Part shown: positions 28,072-37,202 of the stretch, one piece after another
Position numbering within the stretch: position 1 is the stretch's first letter
How the letters are laid out: every line of letters begins with the position of its first letter
Sequence record: NC_019503.1
Reading direction: 5' to 3' (one strand)
DNA length: 64,000 nucleotides
Source of the DNA: Escherichia phage ime09
Notes under the pieces: model-generated
What the model saw: the letters and a program-made list of their open reading frames with translations, nothing else
Database searches by the model: none
What the model was told of the DNA's origin: nothing
Made by a program: the position numbers and the translations under genes

Positions 28072-28433
28072 TACAAGCTCTCAGTAAAGGTACGAGCGAT
28101 AACGTCGCGCTGCTGTTCCGGAGTCAGAGAGTTAAAGCGAACTGCATAACCGGATACACGGATGGTCAGCTGCGGATATTTTTCCGGATGCTTAACTGCA
28201 TCTTCCAGAGTTTCACGACGCAGAACGTTAACGTTCAGGTGTTGACCACCTTCAATTTTAACCGCAGGTTGTGGTTCAATTTCAATTTCACGGGTATGCA
28301 AACCGTAGAAAATTTCTGGGTCTACAAAAGAGTCCTCTTTAAAAGTTTTAGAGACAATAATTCGTGCTTGAATACCATCTTCAAAATAAATAGTACCTTT
28401 ATGTGTGCCTTCAAGAATTTGATATGCTTTCAT
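28071..28433 (-). CDS. Autonomous glycyl-radical cofactor (GrcA/YfiD-like), host-like C-terminal half
   Basis: 120 aa; C-terminal ~60 aa carry the RVSGYAVRF glycyl-radical motif and appear identical to recalled E. coli GrcA; 3' half of gene is visibly GC-richer than surrounding phage DNA. Confidence 0.85.
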   Translation of the reverse strand: MKAYQILEGTHKGTIYFEDGIQARIIVSKTFKEDSFVDPEIFYGLHTREIEIEPQPAVKIEGGQHLNVNVLRRETLEDAVKHPEKYPQLTIRVSGYAVRFNSLTPEQQRDVIARTFTESL

Positions 28434-28440
28434 ATAAACC

Positions 28441-28821
28441 TCAATTAGAAAATAAATTTATCCAAGATTGCTCTTTAATTAAAAATGGCTCAGAATCATA
28501 TGCCATTAAACTTTGGGTGATTAGTCCTTTAAAAGGTCCATCAATAAATTCCATGGTAAAATATGGAATTTTATTCATTAATCTTGCATTAGGAGCAGTA
28601 CACAAAACTCTGCATCCTTTGAATACACCTTTTTGTAATTTATATTGCTTAGGATAAAATTCGCTCAAGACGTTATTATTTGCCAAAATTTCAAAATGAT
28701 TCACCAATTTATTTTTAATAGTTTTTGGCGAAAAATAAAGATATTCGAAAAGCTGTGTGTCTGTCATCATTGCATTCCGATTACGAAAAACTGCGGACGA
28801 GTAATACCACCAATGCAACAT
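28441..28821 (-). CDS. Hypothetical protein; probable start at MMTDTQ (28770), coupled to upstream gene
   Basis: ORF track 126 aa; internal ATG overlaps upstream stop in ATGA. Confidence 0.45.
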   Translation of the reverse strand: MLHWWYYSSAVFRNRNAMMTDTQLFEYLYFSPKTIKNKLVNHFEILANNNVLSEFYPKQYKLQKGVFKGCRVLCTAPNARLMNKIPYFTMEFIDGPFKGLITQSLMAYDSEPFLIKEQSWINLFSN

Positions 28822-29354
28822 TTAATATTACAGCAGTAGTGTACAGTGTCAATATGGACGCTATAAATCTTATCCATATCAGGAGATTTAACAGGCTCAT
28901 CAATTATATACAAAATTCGCGAAAGCGATAAACCTCTGAACTTGCTTCCTTTATTACCGATAAAACTACGGACAGAATCGGTAAATAAGCGGAATCGAAT
29001 ATCATCGCCAGAATAACGAGAAAATTCTTTTTTAATGTGGCCCGCAGAAATTTTAGCGTAAGCTGAAGTATTAGAAAGAACAATAACTGTTCCACCATCA
29101 TACAGCCAATTAGCAGCAAAGTTAGTCACAGCAGTTGATTTACCGGATTGTCTGCCACCATCTAATCGAAGTGTGCAATACTGCTTGAGTAAGTCTTCAA
29201 ATGGTGGGATATAATCGTTTTTACAAATTTCTTCTACTCTAGCATCAGAATGGTGTGTAAAAGCATTCATCAGGGATAGATAAGGACCAGTTAAAAATGT
29301 TCTCATTTTGTTATCTCTAAATTTGGGCCATTCCATGGCGCATGAATTTTCCAT
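28767..29354 (-). CDS. P-loop protein with Cys-rich C-terminal tail
   Basis: 195 aa, Walker A GGRQSGKST, C-terminus [12 protein letters not shown]. Confidence 0.5.
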   Translation of the reverse strand: MENSCAMEWPKFRDNKMRTFLTGPYLSLMNAFTHHSDARVEEICKNDYIPPFEDLLKQYCTLRLDGGRQSGKSTAVTNFAANWLYDGGTVIVLSNTSAYAKISAGHIKKEFSRYSGDDIRFRLFTDSVRSFIGNKGSKFRGLSLSRILYIIDEPVKSPDMDKIYSVHIDTVHYCCNIKCCIGGITRPQFFVIGMQ

Positions 29355-29459
29355 TTCTGTATTTACCCATTACCGCACTTGGGCTCGACCTTATTACAGG
29401 TTGGCGGGAATCCCTCATAGAATCATGAGGTCCAGCTTGTTCCCATATTTCTTATTTGC

Positions 29460-29933
29460 TTATTTGAATGATTTGACGTACTGAACAGAACCTTTGCTAT
29501 TCACGAAAGCGATTTTACCATTTTTGTTATACATGGTAGCAGTACGCTGATAGCCATAAGTTTGCTTACCAGATTGATAACCAACTAATGCGAAATTATC
29601 TTCGCCCATTTTATTCTGCTTAGCGCGAATGCGTTCATGGCCGTGTGCCATAAGAACCTTAGCATCACCAGTTGAAATTGATCTACGAGTTTTTTCATCT
29701 TCAACTGTATTAACAAAGTCGTCAAATGAATCAAATTTAGCATGGGATTTATTATACAGTTTTCCATCTACTGCATAATTATATCCCTGTACATCCATCT
29801 CAACTTCTGTACCATCATCCAATACAGCAGTGATTTTTTGACCTTTTTTAAATTTCAAAAGATCAGTAAAAGATTCAGCAATAATTTGAGAATTAATAGC
29901 TGCTTCAGTGATAAATTCTTGATATGTTTTCAT
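29460..29933 (-). CDS. Internal-protein-like (capsid targeting sequence) protein
   Basis: 157 aa beginning MKTYQEFITEA, the T4 internal-protein capsid-targeting motif; directly downstream of denV. Confidence 0.6.
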   Translation of the reverse strand: MKTYQEFITEAAINSQIIAESFTDLLKFKKGQKITAVLDDGTEVEMDVQGYNYAVDGKLYNKSHAKFDSFDDFVNTVEDEKTRRSISTGDAKVLMAHGHERIRAKQNKMGEDNFALVGYQSGKQTYGYQRTATMYNKNGKIAFVNSKGSVQYVKSFK

Positions 29934-29942
29934 ATGTTTCCT

Positions 29943-30359
29943 TTAAATGTAAATATTTTTGCCGTAATACTTGTACCAGTGTGGCTTCATTAAAATTTTT
30001 TCATCGAGTCGTTGTTGACTCAATTTAATAGCTGATTTGCATGGATTATAATCATTTTTCCATTCTGCTGGAATATCGCTGATGTCAGGAACTTCAGTAT
30101 CTTTTATACTAAACTCACGTTTTAAGCATTCCGTTATAATGTCTGATTGACGCTTTCGCAAAAATTCTAACTTATCGTAAAAGAACGTAACATGACCAGA
30201 GCCTAAAATAAACTCGGAAGATATTTTAAAATCTTTAACCCGCTTACCATTTGCCACATGTTTACGAACTATACCAAAAACACGCGGCAATTCACGATAC
30301 TCAGCCATAAGATGTTGGTCGGTCAGTTCAGAAACAAGTGTTAAATTGATGCGAGTCAT
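29943..30359 (-). CDS. denV: Pyrimidine-dimer DNA glycosylase / endonuclease V
   Basis: 138 aa from [12 protein letters not shown] (ORF track extends 4 codons further); near-identical to recalled T4 endo V. Confidence 0.93.
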   Translation of the reverse strand: MTRINLTLVSELTDQHLMAEYRELPRVFGIVRKHVANGKRVKDFKISSEFILGSGHVTFFYDKLEFLRKRQSDIITECLKREFSIKDTEVPDISDIPAEWKNDYNPCKSAIKLSQQRLDEKILMKPHWYKYYGKNIYI

Positions 30360-30382
30360 AATTTCCTCCAAGTAGTTGATGA

Positions 30383-30417
30383 ATGTATAGTATCAAAGTC
30401 CTTGGAGGAAGTAAACA

Positions 30418-30418
<1 letters not shown>
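30383..30418 (-). promoter_or_regulatory. T4-type early promoter (minus strand) for denV
   Basis: plus-strand tatagtatc (30386-30394) and gtaaac (30411-30416). Confidence 0.5.
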
Positions 30419-31220
<802 letters not shown>

Positions 31221-31676
31221 TTAAAAGAGGCTGTTCATTATTCGGTAAAGTGAAGGACCCATCACATATTGCCACTGAGTACGAGGAATAAGAGCAAAAG
31301 CATCCATCTCTGGAATCATAACACCATCTTTATTTTCAAAATAAGACTCACAACGGCAATTTCTGAACATCTCATGCTCTACTGGAATCGTATAATAAAA
31401 TAACTGTAAGTCTTTATTACTAGAATATTTAAATACACCTAGGTCTTCTAGAAGGTCTGGATTATAATTGCTAAAGCCAGTCTCTTCTAAGCATTCTCTT
31501 CGTGCTGCATCTAGTGCGCTTAAATCAGAACTTTCTACACGCCCCTTTGGAATATCCCAGCGGTGTGCCATCATTCCGGGCTTACGAGAACCAGTAACTC
31601 GTCCCATAAATAAATCTTTATCTTCTGTCATAAAGATAATACCAGCTGATAGTGTTTTCATTTTAATTTCCTGCAT
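31221..31676 (-). CDS. nudE: Nudix hydrolase
   Basis: 151 aa, Nudix box GRVESSDLSALDAARRECLEETGF. Confidence 0.8.
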   Translation of the reverse strand: MQEIKMKTLSAGIIFMTEDKDLFMGRVTGSRKPGMMAHRWDIPKGRVESSDLSALDAARRECLEETGFSNYNPDLLEDLGVFKYSSNKDLQLFYYTIPVEHEMFRNCRCESYFENKDGVMIPEMDAFALIPRTQWQYVMGPSLYRIMNSLF

Positions 31677-32146
31677 TCAGTGATAAAGTTATTTAAATTT
31701 TGAGTATATTTCTTTTCATCAAAAATCTTTTGCTGCCTACGTAACCGCCATGGCATTTCAATGAACATGCACCATATTCCTGATAGTACTGCTGCTGTAA
31801 AAATATTAACAAGTATAATTAAAAGAATCCAATCTTCCGTTCTGCCTACTGGACTTTCTCCAAAGAAGCAAAATACAAATGATGTCACAGGAAAACTAAT
31901 AATATACCACAGAATAACCTTCTTATCTGTAAACCAATCAGCGTTCGTTAACTTAGCACGACCATTTTGAATACACACGAATTTATCATCTGTTACAGTA
32001 GATGGCTTAACTGCTTGATATCCCATTCTAAACTCCCTAATTAATCGTTTCTTTGTATCTTCAGAACAACCACTCCAATCAACTCTATCGACTGAAATGC
32101 CATCGTCCCCATCGTCTAAATCATACCAGCGAGTTTTTAAAATCAT
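31658..32146 (-). CDS. Small two-TM membrane protein (tandem paralog 1)
   Basis: 162 aa, two hydrophobic helices, C-terminal ...FITECRKLK. Confidence 0.5.
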   Translation of the reverse strand: MILKTRWYDLDDGDDGISVDRVDWSGCSEDTKKRLIREFRMGYQAVKPSTVTDDKFVCIQNGRAKLTNADWFTDKKVILWYIISFPVTSFVFCFFGESPVGRTEDWILLIILVNIFTAAVLSGIWCMFIEMPWRLRRQQKIFDEKKYTQNLNNFITECRKLK

Positions 32147-32517
32147 TTGATTTTCCTACAATCATTCACGAATTCTTTCATTGATTCATTTTCAATATAA
32201 GACATGTAGTTATTATATTCTTTTAATTGTATTTTGTAATCCTTTTTTCTTTGCCAATTTATTTTAAAATTATCATAATGAAAATATAAAATGATACTAA
32301 AGAATGAAAATAATGAAATTGCTATAGTATAATGAAGTTCACTCCAAACTTCTATTATATCTACTATACCGCTGACGTTACTGCGGATGTTTAAAATAAT
32401 ACAGTCAATCGTTAATCCAATAAGACTACCAGCAAGAGCTGCAGCCAACGCCACAGCAAAAATTAAAAATGACTCAGAAAAAGAATATTTAACTTTATTT
32501 AGTTTTGGCTTTTGCAT
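32143..32517 (-). CDS. Small two-TM membrane protein (tandem paralog 2)
   Basis: 124 aa, two hydrophobic helices, C-terminal ...FVNDCRKIK. Confidence 0.55.
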   Translation of the reverse strand: MQKPKLNKVKYSFSESFLIFAVALAAALAGSLIGLTIDCIILNIRSNVSGIVDIIEVWSELHYTIAISLFSFFSIILYFHYDNFKINWQRKKDYKIQLKEYNNYMSYIENESMKEFVNDCRKIK

Positions 32518-32912
32518 CGTGATTCCTTAACAAATTTCATAATTTCATTAAATTCATACATATTTAGTTTAAGCTGGTGTTCCTTTTTAATCTTTTTACA
32601 CTGAGCTTTCCATTCACGTACACGTTTACGATAATGCCTTCCTTGATACCAATATCCTACCCAATTTACAGGTACCAATAAAAATGGAACTACTAATGGA
32701 AGAATTAATACTAACAAAAATATTACGCCAGATTCAATATCAGTCATAAAGTCTATAACCATTCCAACAATCAATAGAATTACAAATGATATAGCTGTCA
32801 CAGGACCTATTAATACATCAGTAGGAATTAGCTGACGCTTTAGTTCATACTTCACAGGTTTACTTGGAAGGTATAGTGATGGCTTTGACATATTCTCTAC
32901 ATTCCTTAACAA
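32499..32912 (-). CDS. Small two-TM membrane protein (tandem paralog 3)
   Basis: 137 aa, two hydrophobic helices, C-terminal ...FVKESRCKSQN. Confidence 0.55.
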   Translation of the reverse strand: MLRNVENMSKPSLYLPSKPVKYELKRQLIPTDVLIGPVTAISFVILLIVGMVIDFMTDIESGVIFLLVLILPLVVPFLLVPVNWVGYWYQGRHYRKRVREWKAQCKKIKKEHQLKLNMYEFNEIMKFVKESRCKSQN

Positions 32913-33465
32913 ATTTTTCTAATAATAAATCGCTTTCAAAATTAGGATTTTCTACGAATTTATCAAAAAGATCATCAACAATAGTCAAGATATTCTTTTT
33001 ACTAAGAATACGTTTATTTTCATGTTTTGTTTCAGAATCAACTATAAGAGTAAAGAAATATTTCTTTCCCTGAAATTTTACCGTAGTATCAATATAAAAT
33101 AAATTTGACTTTTGTAAATTACGTTTAAACCATGCGTCACTTAAACTATAAACGCCAAGATAATCATAATCGTCATTTAAATAACAAACTGTCCATTCAG
33201 GAGAAATGAAATCTGTAAATTCAACATCAAAATCACATGTCAATGAATGAATTGATTCAATACTTTTAATGAGTATTCCAGGACGTATTAAAGACTTTTT
33301 ACCTTTATAAAATCCAGAAAGACTTTCATCAGTTTCATATGAAGAGCTCCAATAGTAATTACGTCCTTCTGCCATGTGTTTAAGAGCATTTAGTAATTGG
33401 TCTGGAACATCAACTTGTCTTTGGAACTCTTCAAACATTGAATTGAAATCACTTTGCATTTTCAT
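32860..33465 (-). CDS. Hypothetical protein
   Basis: ORF track 201 aa. Confidence 0.55.
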   Translation of the reverse strand: MKMQSDFNSMFEEFQRQVDVPDQLLNALKHMAEGRNYYWSSSYETDESLSGFYKGKKSLIRPGILIKSIESIHSLTCDFDVEFTDFISPEWTVCYLNDDYDYLGVYSLSDAWFKRNLQKSNLFYIDTTVKFQGKKYFFTLIVDSETKHENKRILSKKNILTIVDDLFDKFVENPNFESDLLLEKFVKECREYVKAITIPSK

Positions 33466-33486
33466 TCCTATTTACTCCAAGTAATA

Positions 33487-33500
33487 GGGGCCGAAGCCCC
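33487..33500 (-). terminator. GC-rich intergenic stem-loop (terminator-like / RNA stability element)
   Basis: GGGGCcgaaGCCCC hairpin; weak U-run. Confidence 0.35.
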
Positions 33501-33506
33501 TTATCA

Positions 33507-34100
33507 TTATTTCAGAGAATTAATATATTCCTGAACATCGGCAGAGGTAGTTTCAACCCCAGAAATATTACCATTAAAGGTTTCAACTCGAGCAAGGGTA
33601 TCTTCAATATCAACCTTAGTCAGTGCTGCAATTTCAACTACATCATCTGCAGTACTAATTCCAAGGGCATTTGCCGCACGAGTTTCACGGATATATTCCA
33701 ATTTAACTGCAAGTTCTTGACGAGCATCATCTAACTCAACTACTTTCTTGGCGATTTCAATTCGCATTTCAGCATAACCGTCAGCTTTAGTAGTCAATTG
33801 CTCAGCTGTTCGACGATATAGTAAACCGAGTTTAGCATGCATTGTTACATCTTGACCTTCGGAAAGAAGTTTACGAATTTCGCGTTCTTTTGATTCGGCC
33901 TGTCGATTCTTTTCGATAACAAGTTCACGAATACGTTTTTCTTCATTAATAGATTTAATAGAAGCAGTTTTTAGATCTTTAATTTTATCAAGTAGTTTTG
34001 CTGCTGCAACGGTATACTGTTCTTCGACAGATAGATTTTTAGCCATAGCAGAACCAAGTTTAGTGCGAATAAACTCAACAATTTTCTTCAGTGTGTTCAT
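33507..34100 (-). CDS. Charged coiled-coil protein (weak PspA/IM30-like resemblance)
   Basis: 197 aa, almost entirely helical/charged; resemblance to PspA is compositional only. Confidence 0.5.
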   Translation of the reverse strand: MNTLKKIVEFIRTKLGSAMAKNLSVEEQYTVAAAKLLDKIKDLKTASIKSINEEKRIRELVIEKNRQAESKEREIRKLLSEGQDVTMHAKLGLLYRRTAEQLTTKADGYAEMRIEIAKKVVELDDARQELAVKLEYIRETRAANALGISTADDVVEIAALTKVDIEDTLARVETFNGNISGVETTSADVQEYINSLK

Positions 34101-34174
34101 AATATTTCCTTAGGTTGATTAAGATTTAAAATCCGTGTAGAATTATATCCTGTTATTTGAGAAATGTAAACGTG

Positions 34175-34573
34175 TTATTTCATTTTTGCGAGACAGATTT
34201 CATTGGCTTCCCATTGAGCTTGCTTAATAATAGCTTTGGATACAGGAACCTTTTGACCATAAGTTTTTGACGTTGAGAGAACAATATATTTGTTTGCCTC
34301 ATTATGCCAGCCCCATGATTCTTCGCCATGAGTACCTTTAACTACAGCTGACACCTCAACAGAGCAGCCATCAGAACTAATCTTGGTGTTTACAATCCAT
34401 TCATTTCTCTCGATAGCTTCATTTTCAGACCTCATTTTTTCTTCATACACGGCGGCCCAATCAGTTTTTGTCAAGCTTAAACTAAGAGCTTTCTCTAATT
34501 CTTTGGCAGCTTTTTGTTGTTCGGGTGTTAATGAATTATATAACTCTCGCATTTCTTTATCTTCAATATTCAT
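34175..34573 (-). CDS. Hypothetical protein
   Basis: ORF track 132 aa. Confidence 0.5.
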   Translation of the reverse strand: MNIEDKEMRELYNSLTPEQQKAAKELEKALSLSLTKTDWAAVYEEKMRSENEAIERNEWIVNTKISSDGCSVEVSAVVKGTHGEESWGWHNEANKYIVLSTSKTYGQKVPVSKAIIKQAQWEANEICLAKMK

Positions 34574-34628
34574 TATGTTCTCCTCAAGTTACAGGCTCAT
34601 AATATCTCAATCATGAGCCTGTGTAAAC

Positions 34629-34958
34629 TTATTTCATATTATTGAAATATTCTTCTGCGATTTCGTCGTTATCATGGTAAACTTTAGAAGACAGTTTAAC
34701 ATAACCTTCTGCTGTAAACATGTTAATCACAACCTTTACAGTATACCACTGACCATCTTCATTACCCATTACTGCGTAAGTTTCAAACATCGGATGATCA
34801 GGACCGATAACTTTAATATCATTCACTGTACGACCGAAATCTTCTGAAACGCATTTCATAAAGAAGTTGAACAGTTCGCCGTAATTATCCATTTCATTCT
34901 CCAAGTGTTGTTTTTCTGTATCAGTAGTTGATAGTTGTATAGTACCATGGAAGAACAT
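34629..34958 (-). CDS. Hypothetical protein; true start probably internal (MDNYGELF, 34892) because promoter -10 lies inside the long ORF
   Basis: ORF track 109 aa; early promoter at 34934-34985. Confidence 0.45.
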   Translation of the reverse strand: MFFHGTIQLSTTDTEKQHLENEMDNYGELFNFFMKCVSEDFGRTVNDIKVIGPDHPMFETYAVMGNEDGQWYTVKVVINMFTAEGYVKLSSKVYHDNDEIAEEYFNNMK

Positions 34959-34985
34959 GGATGTAAACAGTTTTGTGAAAAAAGT
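34934..34985 (-). promoter_or_regulatory. T4-type early promoter (minus strand)
   Basis: plus-strand tatagtacc (34937-34945), tgtaaac (34961-34967), gttttgtgaaaa UP element. Confidence 0.55.
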
Positions 34986-35092
34986 TTTAGTGAATTCTAG
35001 GGCAGGGAGGGGCAGTTAAAGGATAGGATAATATATTATAAAGGGTAGAAACTAAATGATGCCTAGAGAGGTCCAGAAAGGCCTAGATGCCA

Positions 35093-35121
35093 AAAAGCCC
35101 TATCATTTAGATAGGGATTTA
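35093..35121 (-). terminator. Rho-independent terminator after IP-like gene 35125..35688
   Basis: CCCTATCtaaatGATAGGG hairpin followed by CUUUUU on minus RNA. Confidence 0.55.
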
Positions 35122-35124
35122 AAA

Positions 35125-35688
35125 TTATTTATCTAGTTTAGTTATTATAGCTTCTGCGGCAGCTTTTAGCTTAGATGCGGTGTTAATACGATTTTTAATT
35201 TCAGTATAAGCGTCGCCAAGAACATCAAGGCTATCAGAATAAACACTTACACTATTGCGTTCGCTATTTGAAATAGAACCTTTAGTTTTACGATCAAAAT
35301 CGGTGTACACGTCTTGAAGATCACGGGCTGCCTTCTTTGCATCATCCAATGCATCAAGAGCTTTATTCAAAGCATTAACGTATTTTTTAGTGTCGAACAT
35401 ATTCTTAGAAATTTTAACAGGTGCGCGTTCAGGAGTAGCTAACACAGATTTAGGAACCTGAGCGCCAGATGCCAATTTCTTAGAAATTTTGAAAAATGCT
35501 TTGTTGAATTTATTTTCTTGACTCATTGTAAAAGAACTATTATCGATGTTGTACATTTCAATAGCTTTAGCTTTCCACTTAAGAAAATCGCCGCGGTCTT
35601 TTGGGTCCAAGTGGAAAAATACTTTAGTAAGATCTGCTTCAGATGGTAATTTTGCTGCTTCGGTTAAAAATTCGGCATAGGTTTTCAT
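35125..35688 (-). CDS. Internal-protein-like (capsid targeting sequence) protein
   Basis: 187 aa beginning MKTYAEFLTEA; own terminator. Confidence 0.6.
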   Translation of the reverse strand: MKTYAEFLTEAAKLPSEADLTKVFFHLDPKDRGDFLKWKAKAIEMYNIDNSSFTMSQENKFNKAFFKISKKLASGAQVPKSVLATPERAPVKISKNMFDTKKYVNALNKALDALDDAKKAARDLQDVYTDFDRKTKGSISNSERNSVSVYSDSLDVLGDAYTEIKNRINTASKLKAAAEAIITKLDK

Positions 35689-35778
35689 TTAAAATCCTTG
35701 AAATAATTTATCGGTTGGTTATTAATTATTTATTACTTTGTTATTATCCGTAACAGCATTCTATATGTGATTCAAACT

Positions 35779-35806
35779 AAAAAGCCCCAACCTTTTGGTC
35801 GGGGCT
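35779..35806 (-). terminator. Rho-independent terminator after IP-like gene 35814..36287 (copy A)
   Basis: GCCCCGACCaaaaGGTTGGGGC hairpin followed by UUUUU on minus RNA. Confidence 0.7.
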
Positions 35807-35813
35807 AAGAATG

Positions 35814-36287
35814 TTATTTGATTTGTTTAGCAGACCAAATGCGGTCTTTAATAATTTTTTGGATGTCTTCAACATACTCAAGAGAGTGAACATGTGGGTT
35901 ATCTTTGAAACTATAAGCACGGGCTAACTTTTGGCCTTCGGTTTTGATTACTAAAAGCTCTTTAAGGATAGCTTCATATTTAGCGATAATTCCTTTAACG
36001 ATATTTTTTTCTTGTGCAGCTTTAGGATCTGCTTTAGGAGCAGGTTTACCCGAAGCCTTTGCAAAAGCAGCGCCAGTAGCAACTAAACTTTTCCAGGCCA
36101 TACTAACTGCATTTCCCGTAAATCCTTCTGCTTTCATGTCGCGAGCAAATTGGAATCGTGATTCGTCAGAAGCATCTTTATAGGAATATTTACCCGCTGC
36201 AATGGCTGCTTTTGCGACAGCTTGAATTTCGGTGCTAGATGCTTCATTTAACACCGCTTCATTTAAAAATTGAGCATATGATTTCAT
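35814..36287 (-). CDS. Internal-protein-like (capsid targeting sequence) protein
   Basis: 157 aa beginning MKSYAQFLNEA; late-promoter motif ~40 nt upstream; own terminator. Confidence 0.6.
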   Translation of the reverse strand: MKSYAQFLNEAVLNEASSTEIQAVAKAAIAAGKYSYKDASDESRFQFARDMKAEGFTGNAVSMAWKSLVATGAAFAKASGKPAPKADPKAAQEKNIVKGIIAKYEAILKELLVIKTEGQKLARAYSFKDNPHVHSLEYVEDIQKIIKDRIWSAKQIK

Positions 36288-36327
36288 CTTATTTCCTGTT
36301 TTAATTCGTGGATTTAATATACTACTA

Positions 36328-36335
36328 TATTTATA
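36328..36335 (-). promoter_or_regulatory. T4 late-promoter motif (TATAAATA on minus strand) upstream of IP-like gene
   Basis: plus-strand tatttata at 36328-36335. Confidence 0.5.
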
Positions 36336-36345
36336 CTAAAAAGCC

Positions 36346-36365
36346 CCAACCTTTCGGTCGGGGCT
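36346..36365 (-). terminator. Rho-independent terminator (copy B, near-identical to 35779-35806) ending the GC-rich noncoding segment
   Basis: GCCCCGACCgaaaGGTTGGGGC hairpin followed by UUUUU on minus RNA. Confidence 0.7.
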
Positions 36366-36369
36366 AAGC

Positions 36370-36676
36370 CTTGCGGCAACCTTGTCGGGGTTCCACCTGC
36401 TAAGGCAAGTGTTTGTACGAAACGCCGGGATTCGAACCCGGTTATTAAGCAGTTGACGCTACTCAATATTTTTAAAAGGCCATATCTCGACCATATCCGA
36501 ACGTTCCGTCAAAAACGCTACTCGGCTTACGGCAAAGATATTTCCTCGAATCGATAATTCTGTGCGCCGTTTCTGCTGTGATGTAAGGGGACATTAACAG
36601 ATCGTAAAGATTTGTTAATGCCAGTCCTTACCCAGGGAACATCAGTCCGACGACTTACCGGTAGCGACCCGGTTTC
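36370..36676 (-). ncRNA. Candidate stable structured RNA(s) adjacent to the tRNA cluster (possibly species-1/2-like)
   Basis: ~300 bp without any ORF of 60 aa or more, GC-richer than flanks, contains tRNA T-arm-like element CCGGG-TTCGAAT-CCCGG (plus 36424-36442) and ends at a strong terminator. Confidence 0.3.
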
Positions 36677-37027
36677 TTAATATTCTTTTAAAGCATCAAT
36701 CTGTTCACGGCGTTTACGCCATAAATCAATTACTTCATACGCAGATTCAGCATTTCGAATTGGACGGCATTTATATAAAGACTTGTGATTTTGATATTGC
36801 GTAGATAACGGAATTTTATCTAAAAGGTCTTTACGTTCAAAGTATTCGTAACCATCTAAGCCAAATGAACGATTTTTGAGAAATTGCCAATGACCATATT
36901 CGTTTTCGACATAAACATAATCCGCGTGTTGATAAAGCAAATTAATTACACGTTCAGAAATAACAGTGTCATTGTGATTAAAATAGAATGTCAAATCATG
37001 GACTACTAAATAAACATTACCTTTCAT
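36677..37027 (-). CDS. Hypothetical protein between tRNA-Arg and the candidate RNA region
   Basis: ORF track 116 aa; no recognisable motif. Confidence 0.5.
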   Translation of the reverse strand: MKGNVYLVVHDLTFYFNHNDTVISERVINLLYQHADYVYVENEYGHWQFLKNRSFGLDGYEYFERKDLLDKIPLSTQYQNHKSLYKCRPIRNAESAYEVIDLWRKRREQIDALKEY

Positions 37028-37043
37028 ATTTTCCTCACTTAAT

Positions 37044-37119
37044 TGGTCGAGGCAGTAGGGATCGAACCTACGACCTAGGACTTAGAAGGTCCTTGCTCTT
37101 CCTTCTGAGCTATGCCTCG
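37044..37119 (-). tRNA. tRNA-Arg (anticodon TCT)
   Basis: Hand-folded cloverleaf on minus strand; anticodon loop CTTCTAA; CCA encoded. Confidence 0.85.
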
Positions 37120-37123
37120 TATT

Positions 37124-37198
37124 TGGCGGACGTGATAGGATTCGAACCTATAACCAATCGCTTAACAGGCGATCGCTCTGCCATTGAGCTACACATCC
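37124..37198 (-). tRNA. tRNA-Asn (anticodon GTT)
   Basis: Hand-folded cloverleaf; anticodon stem ATCGC/GCGAT, loop CTGTTAA; T-loop TTCGAAT; CCA encoded. Confidence 0.8.
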
Positions 37199-37202
37199 AA
37201 AT

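Noticed and set aside
33507-34100. Confident PspA-family assignment for the 197-aa coiled-coil protein
   Set aside because: Similarity is compositional (charged helices) and cannot be separated from generic coiled coils without a profile search; reported only as a low-confidence finding
36440-36560. 40-codon ORF (MSPYITAETAHRIIDSRKYLCRKPSSVFDGTFGYGRDMAF) inside the GC-rich noncoding segment
   Set aside because: No Shine-Dalgarno sequence, and the region's composition and T-arm-like element fit structured RNA better; kept only as an alternative in the ncRNA finding
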